Positions 1-10,600 are shown, counted from the stretch's first letter. The stretch: 64,000 bases of DNA from Candidatus Levybacteria bacterium RIFCSPHIGHO2_01_FULL_36_15b (GCA_001782045.1 MFNK01000003.1:204719-268718); one strand, 5' to 3'. Program-made: numbers and translations. The notes: generated by a model from the sequence alone, not told the origin.

Positions 1-888
1 TTGCAAATTTATTCTAGAATCAAAAAATGGGTAAATAGGATTACCCGTATTTATGTATGAAAATATAAACCAAGGGAGGGGTATAATGACTGCAGGTAGA
101 GTTAAGGATATAAAATTCACTAGAAAATCTTTAAAACTTTTACTAAAAAAAATAACCAGAAGACAGATAAAAATTAAAATAGATCCAGTCGCCAACAACT
201 TTGCGGATATTGCAAAACCCAATAAGGCACCAGAATATAAAAGCCATTTTTTACTTTTTATCTCATATGCTTTTATAAAAGCCCAAAATCCCATAATTTC
301 AAAAAAGGTTCTTGATAAGTCAGAATATGAAGCCATTGACTCCCAGCCCACTACTAAATTGCTATAAAAAATCAAAGTAGCCAGTAAGCTTAACTCTTGA
401 GAAAAAAACTTTCTTGATATTTTATAAATTGGAAAAAGTATAAGAACTCCAAATGTAAAATGAATAAGCTTAGCAAAAAACTCATCGCCAAAGGATAAAG
501 CAGCTACGTATATCATTTCAGTAAGCTTTGGCATATCTGAATAGTATAAAAGTGATCCTGGAATATGAAAAACTGCATGGTTTATTAAATACAATTTTGG
601 CAAGGTTAAATGGTACCAAAGCGCATCAAATGATATTTCAGGCCCTAATACGCCAACTAAATTTACAACAAACATTACTCCCAAGAGAAAAATGCAAACA
701 GCAGATATTCTATTAATTACTTTTTTGTTGAGAAAAATAACTTGACCTGGTTTAAAAAAGTAGAAAATGAAAAAAACCCAATATAGCAAGCTAACTATAA
801 ATATGTGGTTCTTAAAAAGCTGTCCTGTTATTCCAAGGAAAAAGATAAGATAAGAATATATTCCAATACTTACTGAAAACTTAAACAT
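1..888 (-). CDS. Multi-TM GT-C-fold glycosyltransferase, 3'-truncated by the window edge
   Basis: Not in the ORF track because it has no stop inside the window. Hand translation from ATG 888: MFKFSVSIGIYSYLIFFLG...LGPEISFDALWYHLTLPKLY...TGNPIYPFF. It has many TM segments and shares the PE-x-x-D..YH and TGNP.(Y/F)P motifs with 13213..15027. Confidence 0.8.
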   Translation of the reverse strand, partial: MFKFSVSIGIYSYLIFFLGITGQLFKNHIFIVSLLYWVFFIFYFFKPGQVIFLNKKVINRISAVCIFLLGVMFVVNLVGVLGPEISFDALWYHLTLPKLYLINHAVFHIPGSLLYYSDMPKLTEMIYVAALSFGDEFFAKLIHFTFGVLILFPIYKISRKFFSQELSLLATLIFYSNLVVGWESMASYSDLSRTFFEIMGFWAFIKAYEIKSKKWLLYSGALLGFAISAKLLATGSILIFICLLVIFFSKSFKDFLVNFISLTLPAVIIPLPWFIFSYINTGNPIYPFFDSRINLQ

Positions 889-964
889 ATGTTTACTCTA
901 CATAAAAGATGAAAGAAGTAAAAATATAATATTAAAAGAACCCAAAAAATAAACGCTAAGGGTA

Positions 965-1720
965 TTATTTTTTTTGCCATAGTAGCCATAGCTTTCCTCT
1001 TACTAAAAATGAGTGAAAACTCATCATTAAAGCAAAAATAAGCCCTTCAATTCCATCAAGAAAACCAAACTTTATTAAATAATTTTTAAAAAATTTTGCA
1101 ATTGGATATATCATTATATCTTGTACTTTTGCTTTTACTTTACGCCCAAAAAGCTCTTGCGCTCTTAAAGAAGAATAATAATTAATATCCAGTAAAAATT
1201 CGTTTATGCTTTGATGTGGATAATGAAGTATTTGTCCATCTAATTCTCCTACTTCCCCATCTACTTGCCACTTCTCATGAACTTTTCCAACCCATGCTCC
1301 TGTTCCTCGCTTAGCAAGCCTTAATAACCTTATGTCTCCCGTTTCGCCGTGATTTAAAAGCTTATCCCACATAACATCAACTCTTTTTATAAAATATCCC
1401 GAAATATTATTTTCTCTATTTATGATTGTCGTATTTAATTCCTCCTTAAGACCAGAAGTTATTCTTTCATCCGCATCTAAAAATAATACCCAATCTTTTG
1501 TAGATTTTGATAATCCAAAGTTTCTTTGATTAGAAAAATTATCACTTAAAACATTTTTATATATTTTTATTTTTTTGTTTCCCAAGGAATTTATCACATC
1601 TATAGTTCTGTCCATAGAATTGTCATCTACGATTATAAGCTCATCCGCCCATACAGCAGTTTCTAAACAATCAATTATATTTTTTTCCTCATTTTTAGTT
1701 AGTATTACTATGCTAAGCAT
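965..1720 (-). CDS. GT2 glycosyltransferase (WaaE/LgtF-like beta-1,4-glucosyltransferase type)
   Basis: SIVILTKNEE, VDDNSMDRT, QRNFGL, FLDADE and VHE motifs. Confidence 0.88.
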   Translation of the reverse strand: MLSIVILTKNEEKNIIDCLETAVWADELIIVDDNSMDRTIDVINSLGNKKIKIYKNVLSDNFSNQRNFGLSKSTKDWVLFLDADERITSGLKEELNTTIINRENNISGYFIKRVDVMWDKLLNHGETGDIRLLRLAKRGTGAWVGKVHEKWQVDGEVGELDGQILHYPHQSINEFLLDINYYSSLRAQELFGRKVKAKVQDIMIYPIAKFFKNYLIKFGFLDGIEGLIFALMMSFHSFLVRGKLWLLWQKK

Positions 1721-3903
1721 TATTTATGTTTTACTATTTTTATTTCACTTGGGGTTTCAGTGATTATGTATATTAAATCTGCATTTTTAGTTACAGATGA
1801 TTTACCTAAATACCATGTTAAATACTGATAATTCATTGTAAAATTTTCAAATTCACTGCCTGGTCCCCTACCCAGAATTGTAAAGGTCTTGCCGTTTGAA
1901 TTTTCTACCATGTATCTTGCGACATTCAGTCTGTCCTGGAAAGTTGGTCCATATCCTCTACTAAAACCGATAAAATAATTATTAGAAATTAAATAGGTAA
2001 TATTTAAGTATCCGACAATAGATAATATTAATACTCCTAGGTAAAACAAATATCTATTTCTTGCAAGATAACTAATAAAAATCGAAACTACTATAACTAC
2101 AGGAACAAATAATGACATTAGATAAGCATTTGATGATGTTTTGTTTAATACTATACTTCCAAGTAGCACTATAAAGATAAGAAGTAGCAATAAAAATTCT
2201 TTTTTTAATTTTTTATGTTTTAATGTTTTCAATAGTAAGAATAAAGTACTTATAGCTACAACTACTGATGCAATTAGATTTGTATGAGGAAAAAAAATAT
2301 TTTGAAATGAAGAATTTAGGAAACTAAATACTTGACTAAACGAGTTTGTCATATTAATACTCAAGCTTGCTGACTTTAAAATTTTGTATAAAATCCACCC
2401 TAAAAATACAATGGTTTGTGGGAAACCATTCTTAAAATCGTAAATGATAATCGGAAGCATTGGAATAATAAAAGCGATTAGCGAAAATAATAAAATTTTA
2501 GCGTTGTGCAAGCCCGAATACCAATCCTTTTTCTTTACAAATCCATAAACAAATACTCCTATAAACACCACAGATAACACTATTGTTTGCAATTCAAAAT
2601 TATAGAGCATAACCAAAGAGAAAATTATTAAGGGAAAATAAAATTTTTTATTGTTAACCCACCTAAAAAGGCTATAAATAAAAAGTGCTACAAAAAATGG
2701 TATAAGCGAAGTGTGATATGCGGCTCTTGCGCTTAAAATTATTGCAGGAGAAAAAACGTATATAAGGGATGCAATCAATGCCGCTTCCTTAGTAAAAAAT
2801 TGCTTTACTAGTTTATATATCAAAATTAATGTAAAAATATCAAAAACCGCCGTAAAAACGTACGGTGCAATTGGATTAAATTTATAAATATAAAAGACAA
2901 AAGCAACTAAATAAGTCCAAATAGGTCCTTGATGAAGCCATAAGTGACTGGAAGTAATTCCAACTAGGGGAAGGCTTCCTGTTAAAAGAGCATCCCTTGC
3001 GGATAGATAAAACCACCCAATGTCTCCGTAGTAGGGAATATACTCATCGATTTTATACAAACGTATGGTGGTAGCAACAGCAATAGCTGACAATAACACC
3101 AAGCTATTGAAGTTAATATTAAGAAAAATCTCAATAATTAATGCTTTTATTATTCCAAAATGTTTTCTAAAATAATAAAATCTGCTTTTTTTAAATATAT
3201 CGTCCTTATTGTCTAGAAGCTTTGTGGTTGTACCCCACTTATGAATTAACTTAGAGGATGGATCAATAAAAATTTTATATCCAGCACCTCTTACTCGCTT
3301 GCACAAATCAAATTCCTCAAAATATAAAAAATAATTTTCGTCGAAACCACCTATTTTTTCAAAAACATTTTTTTTAATCAAAAAAGCCGAACCAGGAATA
3401 TTATCTACCTGCTTAGGCTTATTGTTCCATTTTTTTATCCAAAAGTTTTTAGAAATTGGATTTTTATTCCAAAGTTTATCAATAAATGAAAATTTAAATA
3501 TTGCCAATAATGGGGTTAATTCCCTAGCTCCTTGTTCCATAATTTTATTACTTGGGGTGTACAAAAGTGGTGCAATTATACCTATTTGCTTTTCTTTATT
3601 TAGTTTTTTAGCTAGCCTACCAAGTATATCTTCTGTAAAGATTGTATCGGGATTTAAAACAAATATATACTCACCACTAGCGTGTTTTACTCCTAAATTA
3701 ATCCCTGCTCCATATCCAATATTTCTTTTAGAAGAAATATATTCTAGATTTTTAAATTTACTTAATCTGTGTTTAATTTTCTGGTTTTCACTATTGTCAA
3801 CTATTATTACTTCAAAGTTTTCTTTTGTATTTTGATAAAGTGAAGATAGACACTCAATAAGATCTTTTTCATTTCGATAATGTACAATAATTATTGAAAT
3901 CAT
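1720..3903 (-). CDS. Fusion: GT2 (WbbL/rhamnosyltransferase-like) + C-terminal multi-TM GT-C glycosyltransferase
   Basis: N-terminal VDNS, LNPD, GGFDENYFLYFEEFD and IHKWG motifs. C-terminal ~460 aa hydrophobic region with YGDIGWF...HQGPIWTY, similar to 24493..26010. Confidence 0.8.
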   Translation of the reverse strand: MISIIIVHYRNEKDLIECLSSLYQNTKENFEVIIVDNSENQKIKHRLSKFKNLEYISSKRNIGYGAGINLGVKHASGEYIFVLNPDTIFTEDILGRLAKKLNKEKQIGIIAPLLYTPSNKIMEQGARELTPLLAIFKFSFIDKLWNKNPISKNFWIKKWNNKPKQVDNIPGSAFLIKKNVFEKIGGFDENYFLYFEEFDLCKRVRGAGYKIFIDPSSKLIHKWGTTTKLLDNKDDIFKKSRFYYFRKHFGIIKALIIEIFLNINFNSLVLLSAIAVATTIRLYKIDEYIPYYGDIGWFYLSARDALLTGSLPLVGITSSHLWLHQGPIWTYLVAFVFYIYKFNPIAPYVFTAVFDIFTLILIYKLVKQFFTKEAALIASLIYVFSPAIILSARAAYHTSLIPFFVALFIYSLFRWVNNKKFYFPLIIFSLVMLYNFELQTIVLSVVFIGVFVYGFVKKKDWYSGLHNAKILLFSLIAFIIPMLPIIIYDFKNGFPQTIVFLGWILYKILKSASLSINMTNSFSQVFSFLNSSFQNIFFPHTNLIASVVVAISTLFLLLKTLKHKKLKKEFLLLLLIFIVLLGSIVLNKTSSNAYLMSLFVPVVIVVSIFISYLARNRYLFYLGVLILSIVGYLNITYLISNNYFIGFSRGYGPTFQDRLNVARYMVENSNGKTFTILGRGPGSEFENFTMNYQYLTWYLGKSSVTKNADLIYIITETPSEIKIVKHK

Positions 3904-5000
3904 TTTAATGTTTTAAGGCTATTTTCTATTTCATTAGAGAAAGCTTTTGATTTTAGTTCCCAATCCCAATTTAATACGACATGCTCTCTTGCAGCAGCCG
4001 ATATATTTCTAATTGTAGTTGGTCTTCTTAATAAATACGATATTTTATTAGCAAGAATGCTACTATTTCTTTTAATTAAAATTCCCGTCTTTCCATTTAT
4101 AATAGTTTCCTTATATCCCCCTTCGTTTACTGCAATTACTACAACTCCACAGGACATTGCTTCCAAAGCTACTAAACCAAAGGGTTCGTTAACAGCAAAA
4201 CAAATAACGATTCTTGACTTAAGATACAGATCTTTTATATCATTGGTTGTTAACCACTGATCTTCGTTTAAAACTGTTTTAACCCTTAATTTATATTTAA
4301 TTTTTTTAGTCGCACTTTTAAAAAATTCATAACCGTCTATTGGGTGTTTAGAGCCAATAAAGAGAACATCTATTGTTTTGTTAACGTCCTTAGAGGGTTT
4401 AAAAAATTTAGTATCTACGCCCAAGTAAACAACCCTACTTTCTGTCCCATATGTTTTCTTTACTACTTTACTTGCAAATTGAGAATTAACATAAATTTCT
4501 GATGCACTTGAAAAGTTTTTCTTATCTATCATCCTTCTAAAAAACCTATTTAATTTCTCATATAGTGCCTTAATGGAAAAACCCTCTACTGCTAGTATCG
4601 GCTCGTAAATAATTCTATAATTTGGATCATGACAATAAAAGATACTAAATAAATTCAAATATCGAAGTACGTAGGGTGCTTCTGTGTATTCTGATCCATT
4701 AACTAAAACCGCGTCATAATGTTTTGAATTTATATCTAATGCAATTTTTCTATGTAATTTTTTTAGCTTTATAAGTTCTAAGGAATCCTTGTAAAGTCTT
4801 GTTTTCCAGTCACCTCCGCTCCATGCCTTAGCAGAAAAATTATAAAAGTAAATATGTTTAAATGGTAAATCGTCTTCTTTTTGTGACCCCGTGTAATAAA
4901 AATCAATCAAGTGTCCTAGTTTAATTAATTCTCTGGACAATGCATACACTGCATTCCTAGCTCCGCCGGGGGGTAATTCATGAAAAACTGCTATTCTCAT
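3900..5000 (-). CDS. GT4 (GT-B) glycosyltransferase
   Basis: N-terminal PPGGA; EPFGLVALEAMSCG (EX7E); ETIINGKTG. Confidence 0.88.
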   Translation of the reverse strand: MRIAVFHELPPGGARNAVYALSRELIKLGHLIDFYYTGSQKEDDLPFKHIYFYNFSAKAWSGGDWKTRLYKDSLELIKLKKLHRKIALDINSKHYDAVLVNGSEYTEAPYVLRYLNLFSIFYCHDPNYRIIYEPILAVEGFSIKALYEKLNRFFRRMIDKKNFSSASEIYVNSQFASKVVKKTYGTESRVVYLGVDTKFFKPSKDVNKTIDVLFIGSKHPIDGYEFFKSATKKIKYKLRVKTVLNEDQWLTTNDIKDLYLKSRIVICFAVNEPFGLVALEAMSCGVVVIAVNEGGYKETIINGKTGILIKRNSSILANKISYLLRRPTTIRNISAAAREHVVLNWDWELKSKAFSNEIENSLKTLK

Positions 5001-5836
5001 TTTGTATTTTTTAACACAGAGAAAAAATCACTTCCAAACCAGATGTTTAAAGGAAACAATCTTGATAAAGGATCTAAAAACACAATTAAATTGAATAATA
5101 AATCTTTCATGCTTTGTCTTTCTTTCCTCACAGTAATGTTCGTACTCTTAATGAATCCTTTGAAATTATATTTCTGAAAAAGTTTATATAATGAATAATA
5201 GGTAGGTTCGTTAATGTGCATTTTACTATGCGAATCCGCCCGTAACTTACTTGGCATTGCGATATTAGGATATTTGTTTCTGGAAAAATTATTCCAAAGA
5301 TTCACAATAAGTGTTGACATGGGATAACAATAATATTTGTATATATAATCATTAAATAGCCTATTAGGAGCAGTGTGTATAATTAGACTTCCTTGCGGCC
5401 TTAAGACTCTTTTTATCTCTTTAAAAACCAGCTCCAGCTCTTCTTCATATAGATGCTCTACGACATCAGTTAAAATTACGGTTGAAAAAAACGAACTTGG
5501 GAAAAGTAATTTCTTCGCGTCCATTTGTATGAAGCTCATGCGCTTCTTAATGGAAGCGTCTTTTTTTTCTTTAAGTAAATTTGCCAATTGAATTGCATCT
5601 TTTGCGTAATCTATTCCGTATGACTTACCCCCCAGTTTTGCACAGTAATATACTAACTCTCCCCTGCCGCAACCTATATCAAGTATCTTTAAGTTCTTAT
5701 GAATCTTTAGATAAGGGACAATTTCCTTAAACCTTGGTTCCAATAATTCGCCTAGTGTATACTTAAACTCCTGGTGTCCAGTACAATCAGTTAAGTAATA
5801 ATCTTTGGTATAAATTTTAGGATCAACTCTTCTCAT
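4997..5836 (-). CDS. Class I SAM-dependent methyltransferase
   Basis: ILDIGCGRG motif I, GIDY, DVVEHL, RVLRPQG. Confidence 0.88.
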   Translation of the reverse strand: MRRVDPKIYTKDYYLTDCTGHQEFKYTLGELLEPRFKEIVPYLKIHKNLKILDIGCGRGELVYYCAKLGGKSYGIDYAKDAIQLANLLKEKKDASIKKRMSFIQMDAKKLLFPSSFFSTVILTDVVEHLYEEELELVFKEIKRVLRPQGSLIIHTAPNRLFNDYIYKYYCYPMSTLIVNLWNNFSRNKYPNIAMPSKLRADSHSKMHINEPTYYSLYKLFQKYNFKGFIKSTNITVRKERQSMKDLLFNLIVFLDPLSRLFPLNIWFGSDFFSVLKNTK

Positions 5837-5841
5837 TTATG

Positions 5842-7059
5842 TTATTTTAGTGTTTTATAGGTAAAGTAGAACATAAACGGTAGAGCAGCTAAAGTACCAA
5901 TTAATGCAGAAATACCCGCGCCGATAATACCATAAGCCTGAACCAAAGGGACTAATGTTACCGCCAAACCAAAAATACTAACTAAGGTAACGACACTAAC
6001 TTCTTTTTGCTTTCCTACTGAAAGAAGCAAAGATGAGGAAGAACCAGATATTGCCCTAATTACTCCGAATACCACGAGTATCTTTAACACATTAACCATT
6101 CCAAGCCATTTATCACCAAGTACAAGGATTACTATTCTATCGGTATAAATAAAAAGCACAAGACCAAAGGATATTGAAACTACGCTTACTAATAAAAGAC
6201 TTTTTAAAAAAGCTTTTGTAAGTCTTTGTTTATCTTCGGAAATTAATGAATATACTGGAAAAGTTACTTTGGATACTACGTCAGACACATCAGTAATGGG
6301 CAACCGGGAAATATTGTATGCCATTACGTATAATCCAAGATTTACAGTGCCTAACATTCTTCCTACTATTATATTATCTAAATTGTGGTATAAATAACTG
6401 AATATACCACTTAGAGTTATCCACTTACCACGATTGATAACAAGAAAAAGTTTTTCTTTTTCTAGCCTTATCTTTGGGATTGGCTTTACTAATATAAAAG
6501 AAAGAATAACCTCAAGCAGCGCACCACAAATAAGTCCTACTGCAAGACTTAAAACAGATTTTGTGTAAAAAGCTAATGTAATCGCAATTAAAGAATCCAT
6601 TAAAAGAATAGAAATTCTAAACCACAGTTCTTTATCAAACCTAAGTTCTTTTTGAAACTTTATAATCGATGGGTTAATAAATCCCCTAATCAGTGGAACT
6701 AAGCTAAATAGCAACAGCAAGCCAAATGCATCAGGTGCATTAAAAAATTGCGAAACATAAGAAGAAGTAAGAAGCATTAAAGCAAAAATAATTACTCCTC
6801 TTAAAATCGACAATAACCATGCTGTATCGATATATTTGTTTGTACTCTCTTTGTTTTGTATAAGAAAAACATTGATTCCGGTTTCTGTCAATATCTCAGC
6901 AAAAGACAAAACCAAGATTCCAATCCCATAAATTCCAAATTGTGAGGGCAAGAGTATTCTAGCCAACAAGATAGTTCTAGCTATCGAAATAAATCTTGTA
7001 GAAGCGGTTAAAATCCAACTCCACGAAATGCCTTTGATTGCATCGCCTGTGTAGCCCAT
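5842..7059 (-). CDS. Wzx/PST-family polysaccharide flippase (WzxC-like)
   Basis: LARILLPSQFG, NLDNIIVGRMLG..LGLY.MAY and FPVYS motifs; about 12 TM segments. Confidence 0.85.
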   Translation of the reverse strand: MGYTGDAIKGISWSWILTASTRFISIARTILLARILLPSQFGIYGIGILVLSFAEILTETGINVFLIQNKESTNKYIDTAWLLSILRGVIIFALMLLTSSYVSQFFNAPDAFGLLLLFSLVPLIRGFINPSIIKFQKELRFDKELWFRISILLMDSLIAITLAFYTKSVLSLAVGLICGALLEVILSFILVKPIPKIRLEKEKLFLVINRGKWITLSGIFSYLYHNLDNIIVGRMLGTVNLGLYVMAYNISRLPITDVSDVVSKVTFPVYSLISEDKQRLTKAFLKSLLLVSVVSISFGLVLFIYTDRIVILVLGDKWLGMVNVLKILVVFGVIRAISGSSSSLLLSVGKQKEVSVVTLVSIFGLAVTLVPLVQAYGIIGAGISALIGTLAALPFMFYFTYKTLK

Positions 7060-7137
7060 ATATGGCTATTTAAGTATAGCAGATACGGTATTGAATTCTA
7101 AACAGTTTCTCGGCTATAATATTACTCTGCCGAAATA

Positions 7138-8349
7138 ATGAAAATAAAAAAATGTAGATCTTGCAGCTTTAAAGATTTAGTTTTGATTTTATCCCTTGGC
7201 AAGCAATACCTCTCAGACTTTGTTAAATCAAATAAGAAACCGAAAGCATTTCCATTAAATATTGTTCTATGTAAAAATTGCAAACTGGTGCAGTTAGACT
7301 ATACTTCCCCCTCAAAATATTTATATACAGAACGCTATGGATACAAATCCGGTATTAATCAAACAATGAAAGACGAGTTAAGTAACATCGTAAAAAAATC
7401 GCTTGAGAAAATAAAAAAAAGTAAAAAAGAGCTTATCGCAATAGATATTGGAGCTAATGATGGAACACTTTTAAGCTATTATCCCAAAGAAGTTTATAGA
7501 GTAGCAGTTGAGCCGATCAAAAAGTTTGCAAATGAATCTAAGAAATATTCAAATAAAGTAGTCAATGATTTTTTTAACTTTAAATCGTTTGATAAAAACG
7601 TCAAAAAGAAGGCAGATATTATAACCGTTATATCTTGCTTTTATGATATGGAGAACCCAAATAAATTTATTGAAGACATGAAAAAAATAATGAACGAGGA
7701 TGCCGTAGTTGTAATACAACAGAATTATCTTGTTGAAATGTTGAATAAAAACGCTTTTGATAACATAGTACACGAGCATCTTGAATATTATTCCCTTTTA
7801 TCACTTAATAATTTACTGCAAAAGCATGGTTTGGAGGTATTTGATGTAGAAATAAGAGAATTAAACGGCGGTAGCTTTAGAACCTTCATTGCAAACAAAG
7901 GCCAAAGAAAAATTACCAAACGTGTGTTAAAAATGCAACAAACTGAAAAGAGAATGAAACTGGACAATAAGGATACATATGTTAAATTTGCAAAAAGAAT
8001 AAAAGAGAACAAAATAAAAGTTTTAAGTACAATACGTAAAATAGTTAAGGATAAAAAGAGAATTTATTTATACGGCGCTTCAACGCGCGGAAATACTCTT
8101 TTACAGTATTTTGAACTAAGTAAAAATCTTATTTCCTATGCTGTTGAGAGAAATCCAGAAAAATGGGGTAAGAAGATTGCTTCTGTAGGAATACCTATAA
8201 TATCTGAAGAGCAGGCAAGGAAAGACAATCCAGAATATATGTTAGTATTGCCATGGTTTTTTAAAAAAGAGTTTCTAAAAAGAGAAGCAAATTATTTAAA
8301 AACCGGGGGACATTTTATATTCCCTCTTCCAAAACTCGACGTTATTTAG
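7138..8349 (+). CDS. NDP-sugar C-methyltransferase (NovU/TcaB9-like; Zn-binding N-terminus + SAM domain + C-terminal domain)
   Basis: CRSC...CKNC Zn ligands, DIGANDG, HEHLEYYS, NGGS, YGASTRGNTLLQY, LPWFF. Confidence 0.85.
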   Translation: MKIKKCRSCSFKDLVLILSLGKQYLSDFVKSNKKPKAFPLNIVLCKNCKLVQLDYTSPSKYLYTERYGYKSGINQTMKDELSNIVKKSLEKIKKSKKELIAIDIGANDGTLLSYYPKEVYRVAVEPIKKFANESKKYSNKVVNDFFNFKSFDKNVKKKADIITVISCFYDMENPNKFIEDMKKIMNEDAVVVIQQNYLVEMLNKNAFDNIVHEHLEYYSLLSLNNLLQKHGLEVFDVEIRELNGGSFRTFIANKGQRKITKRVLKMQQTEKRMKLDNKDTYVKFAKRIKENKIKVLSTIRKIVKDKKRIYLYGASTRGNTLLQYFELSKNLISYAVERNPEKWGKKIASVGIPIISEEQARKDNPEYMLVLPWFFKKEFLKREANYLKTGGHFIFPLPKLDVI

Positions 8350-10600
8350 AAGTTTTATAAATGCTAACAATTGGAGCACCCCCTGAAATAATTTGGTGTA
8401 CTAACTTATAATCTCTTTTAATACTTGAGTCGTCAAATCCTTCTCTTAAGACGTGATAATAATTTACTACAATGTAATCATACTTCTTTCCATCTTTATA
8501 GAGCTCAAGATTCAAATTCTTAATATTTGGAAAGCTTTTTGGAGGATTTACGGCTAATCCCACGTTTGACTCTTTAGGAGCATTTTGTTCTAAATAAATT
8601 GCAGCTTCTCGCATGCCATCGCCCCACCATCCCAAATGAAAATATTTTTTTTCATAAACCCCCTTCTGTCCTCCAACTAGCTCGTTATAATAATTTAAAA
8701 AATAAGGAGCATTATTTTTTACAATTATTAATAAATACGCTAAAACAATTAAAAGAATAATTATCTTAGAAAATGATGTTTTAATAAACTTAAATTTATT
8801 TTTTAGAAAAATTGTTATGGCGTATGCACCCATTCCAGCAATAATTGAAAGGGGAACATAAATTTCAATAATATAGCGTACTCCGTGCATTCTCCATGGG
8901 TAAAAAGATTGTATAAATGGAAAAATAAACCAAATAATCAAACTTATATTGATCCAGCTTCTATTTTTATCTATAAATTTTAAGCCAAGTAAAAATAAAA
9001 TAATAAGTAATAACGGCGTCGTGATAAAAAACATTGTTGGAAAATAAATAACCGGGCTTAAAATCAATTTTCCCCAAAATACTTCAGGGGGCGCAGTATT
9101 AACTAACCAGATTTTTTTATTTACTTCGGCAATATAATCAAGGTGGGTATACGGCATCGGCCAAAAGACAACAAATGTCAAAATGGATACAAATATAATT
9201 ATAAAAAACGAATAGATTATCTTCCTATTGAATAGTTTTATATTTGTTTTATTGTACAGATAATAAGTTAAGTAAAATAATCCATATAAGGGAAAAAGAA
9301 GTCCATTGGATTGTTTAGTTAAAAGAGCTAATCCTGTAATTATTCCAACTAATACTGCTTTTTTATACGAGAAGCTTCTAAGCAACCTATAAAACACGTA
9401 AACACCCAGTGTAAAGAAGAACATTAAAAAACTTTCTGTCGTTACTTGTTGCGAAAGCCCGACAAAAAATGGAAGTAGTAAAAATATAATTGCAGCGGAA
9501 AATGCTACAAATACCGATGCTAGTTCTAAAGTGAAAATAAAAACTAAAACTGCAGAAAGACTTCCAACTATAGATGAAAAAATTCTTGAATAAGTGTAAT
9601 TATAATTAAATACTGGATTGCCGCTAGAATCAAGTTTATCAACATCTAAATGAGCAGTTAGTCCATATAGATATTTAACTAAAGGGGGATGATCATAAGT
9701 AGTATAAAAAAAACTGTTTCCAAAATCCCCCACTTTTAAAAGTTCTATCATTTTATATCCTTGCTCAATATATTCAGGCTCATCCCACGTTCTTCCCATT
9801 TGATTCAAAGTAGAAATTCTTACAGATAAAGCGAGCAAAAATATCACGAGGCATAAAAAAAATTTATTTTTATAAAAAATAGGAAGTTCATGCATAATTT
9901 TCATTTTTATAACGAAGAATAAAGAATAAAATAGTTCTTTAATACTAACATTCGATTTTCCAAATTTTCTGTAATTCCAAGTAATTGGAACCTCACCTAT
10001 GCTAAATCCTTTGATATGTAGTTTATATAAGGACTCTGATAATGTAATAAATCCCTTAGACTCAATATCGCTCCTCAGAAGCTCAGCCACTGCTTTTCTA
10101 CTATATGCTCTAAATCCGCTCGTAAAATCGGTTACCTTAATGCCTAGCCAAAATCTTAAAAAAACGTTTATAAGCCTACTTAATATAGTTCTTTGTTTTT
10201 CAATATTTTTAATCTTCCCTCCCGGAAGGTAACGAGATCCAATAATAAGATCATAATTTCCTAACTCATCCTTTTCCAAGAATCGTTTAATTTCATTTGG
10301 ATCATGCGCCAAATCGGAGTCCATTTCTAAAAATAGATCTGAATTGTTTTTTCTAAATGCAATTTTGAAACCATCCAACACTGCGCTTCCCCTACCTAGT
10401 TTTTTTATTCTTGATATAAGACCTACTTGTTTATATTTATTTACTATAGATTTTATAATTCTATTCTCTTCATATGATGAATCATCGACTAAATATATCA
10501 GTGCTTCGGGATAGAGACGGTTTACTTTTTGTAGTAATATTTTGAGACTTTTTGACTCATTAAAGGAAGGAATTATTATTGAAGGAACATTATTTTTCAT
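8342..10600 (-). CDS. Fusion: polyprenol-phosphate sugar synthase (DPM1-like GT2) + GT-C (PMT/ArnT-like) transferase
   Basis: IIPSFNE, VDDSS, EMDSDLAHDP, IGSRY, DFTSGFRAY; then TWDEPEY and DHPPLVKY followed by about 11 TM segments. Confidence 0.82.
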   Translation of the reverse strand: MKNNVPSIIIPSFNESKSLKILLQKVNRLYPEALIYLVDDSSYEENRIIKSIVNKYKQVGLISRIKKLGRGSAVLDGFKIAFRKNNSDLFLEMDSDLAHDPNEIKRFLEKDELGNYDLIIGSRYLPGGKIKNIEKQRTILSRLINVFLRFWLGIKVTDFTSGFRAYSRKAVAELLRSDIESKGFITLSESLYKLHIKGFSIGEVPITWNYRKFGKSNVSIKELFYSLFFVIKMKIMHELPIFYKNKFFLCLVIFLLALSVRISTLNQMGRTWDEPEYIEQGYKMIELLKVGDFGNSFFYTTYDHPPLVKYLYGLTAHLDVDKLDSSGNPVFNYNYTYSRIFSSIVGSLSAVLVFIFTLELASVFVAFSAAIIFLLLPFFVGLSQQVTTESFLMFFFTLGVYVFYRLLRSFSYKKAVLVGIITGLALLTKQSNGLLFPLYGLFYLTYYLYNKTNIKLFNRKIIYSFFIIIFVSILTFVVFWPMPYTHLDYIAEVNKKIWLVNTAPPEVFWGKLILSPVIYFPTMFFITTPLLLIILFLLGLKFIDKNRSWINISLIIWFIFPFIQSFYPWRMHGVRYIIEIYVPLSIIAGMGAYAITIFLKNKFKFIKTSFSKIIILLIVLAYLLIIVKNNAPYFLNYYNELVGGQKGVYEKKYFHLGWWGDGMREAAIYLEQNAPKESNVGLAVNPPKSFPNIKNLNLELYKDGKKYDYIVVNYYHVLREGFDDSSIKRDYKLVHQIISGGAPIVSIYKTSK

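Noticed and set aside
53-716. Plus-strand ORFs 53..367 and 528..716
   Set aside because: They are antisense shadows of the real minus-strand GT-C gene (1..888), which the track omitted because it runs off the window.
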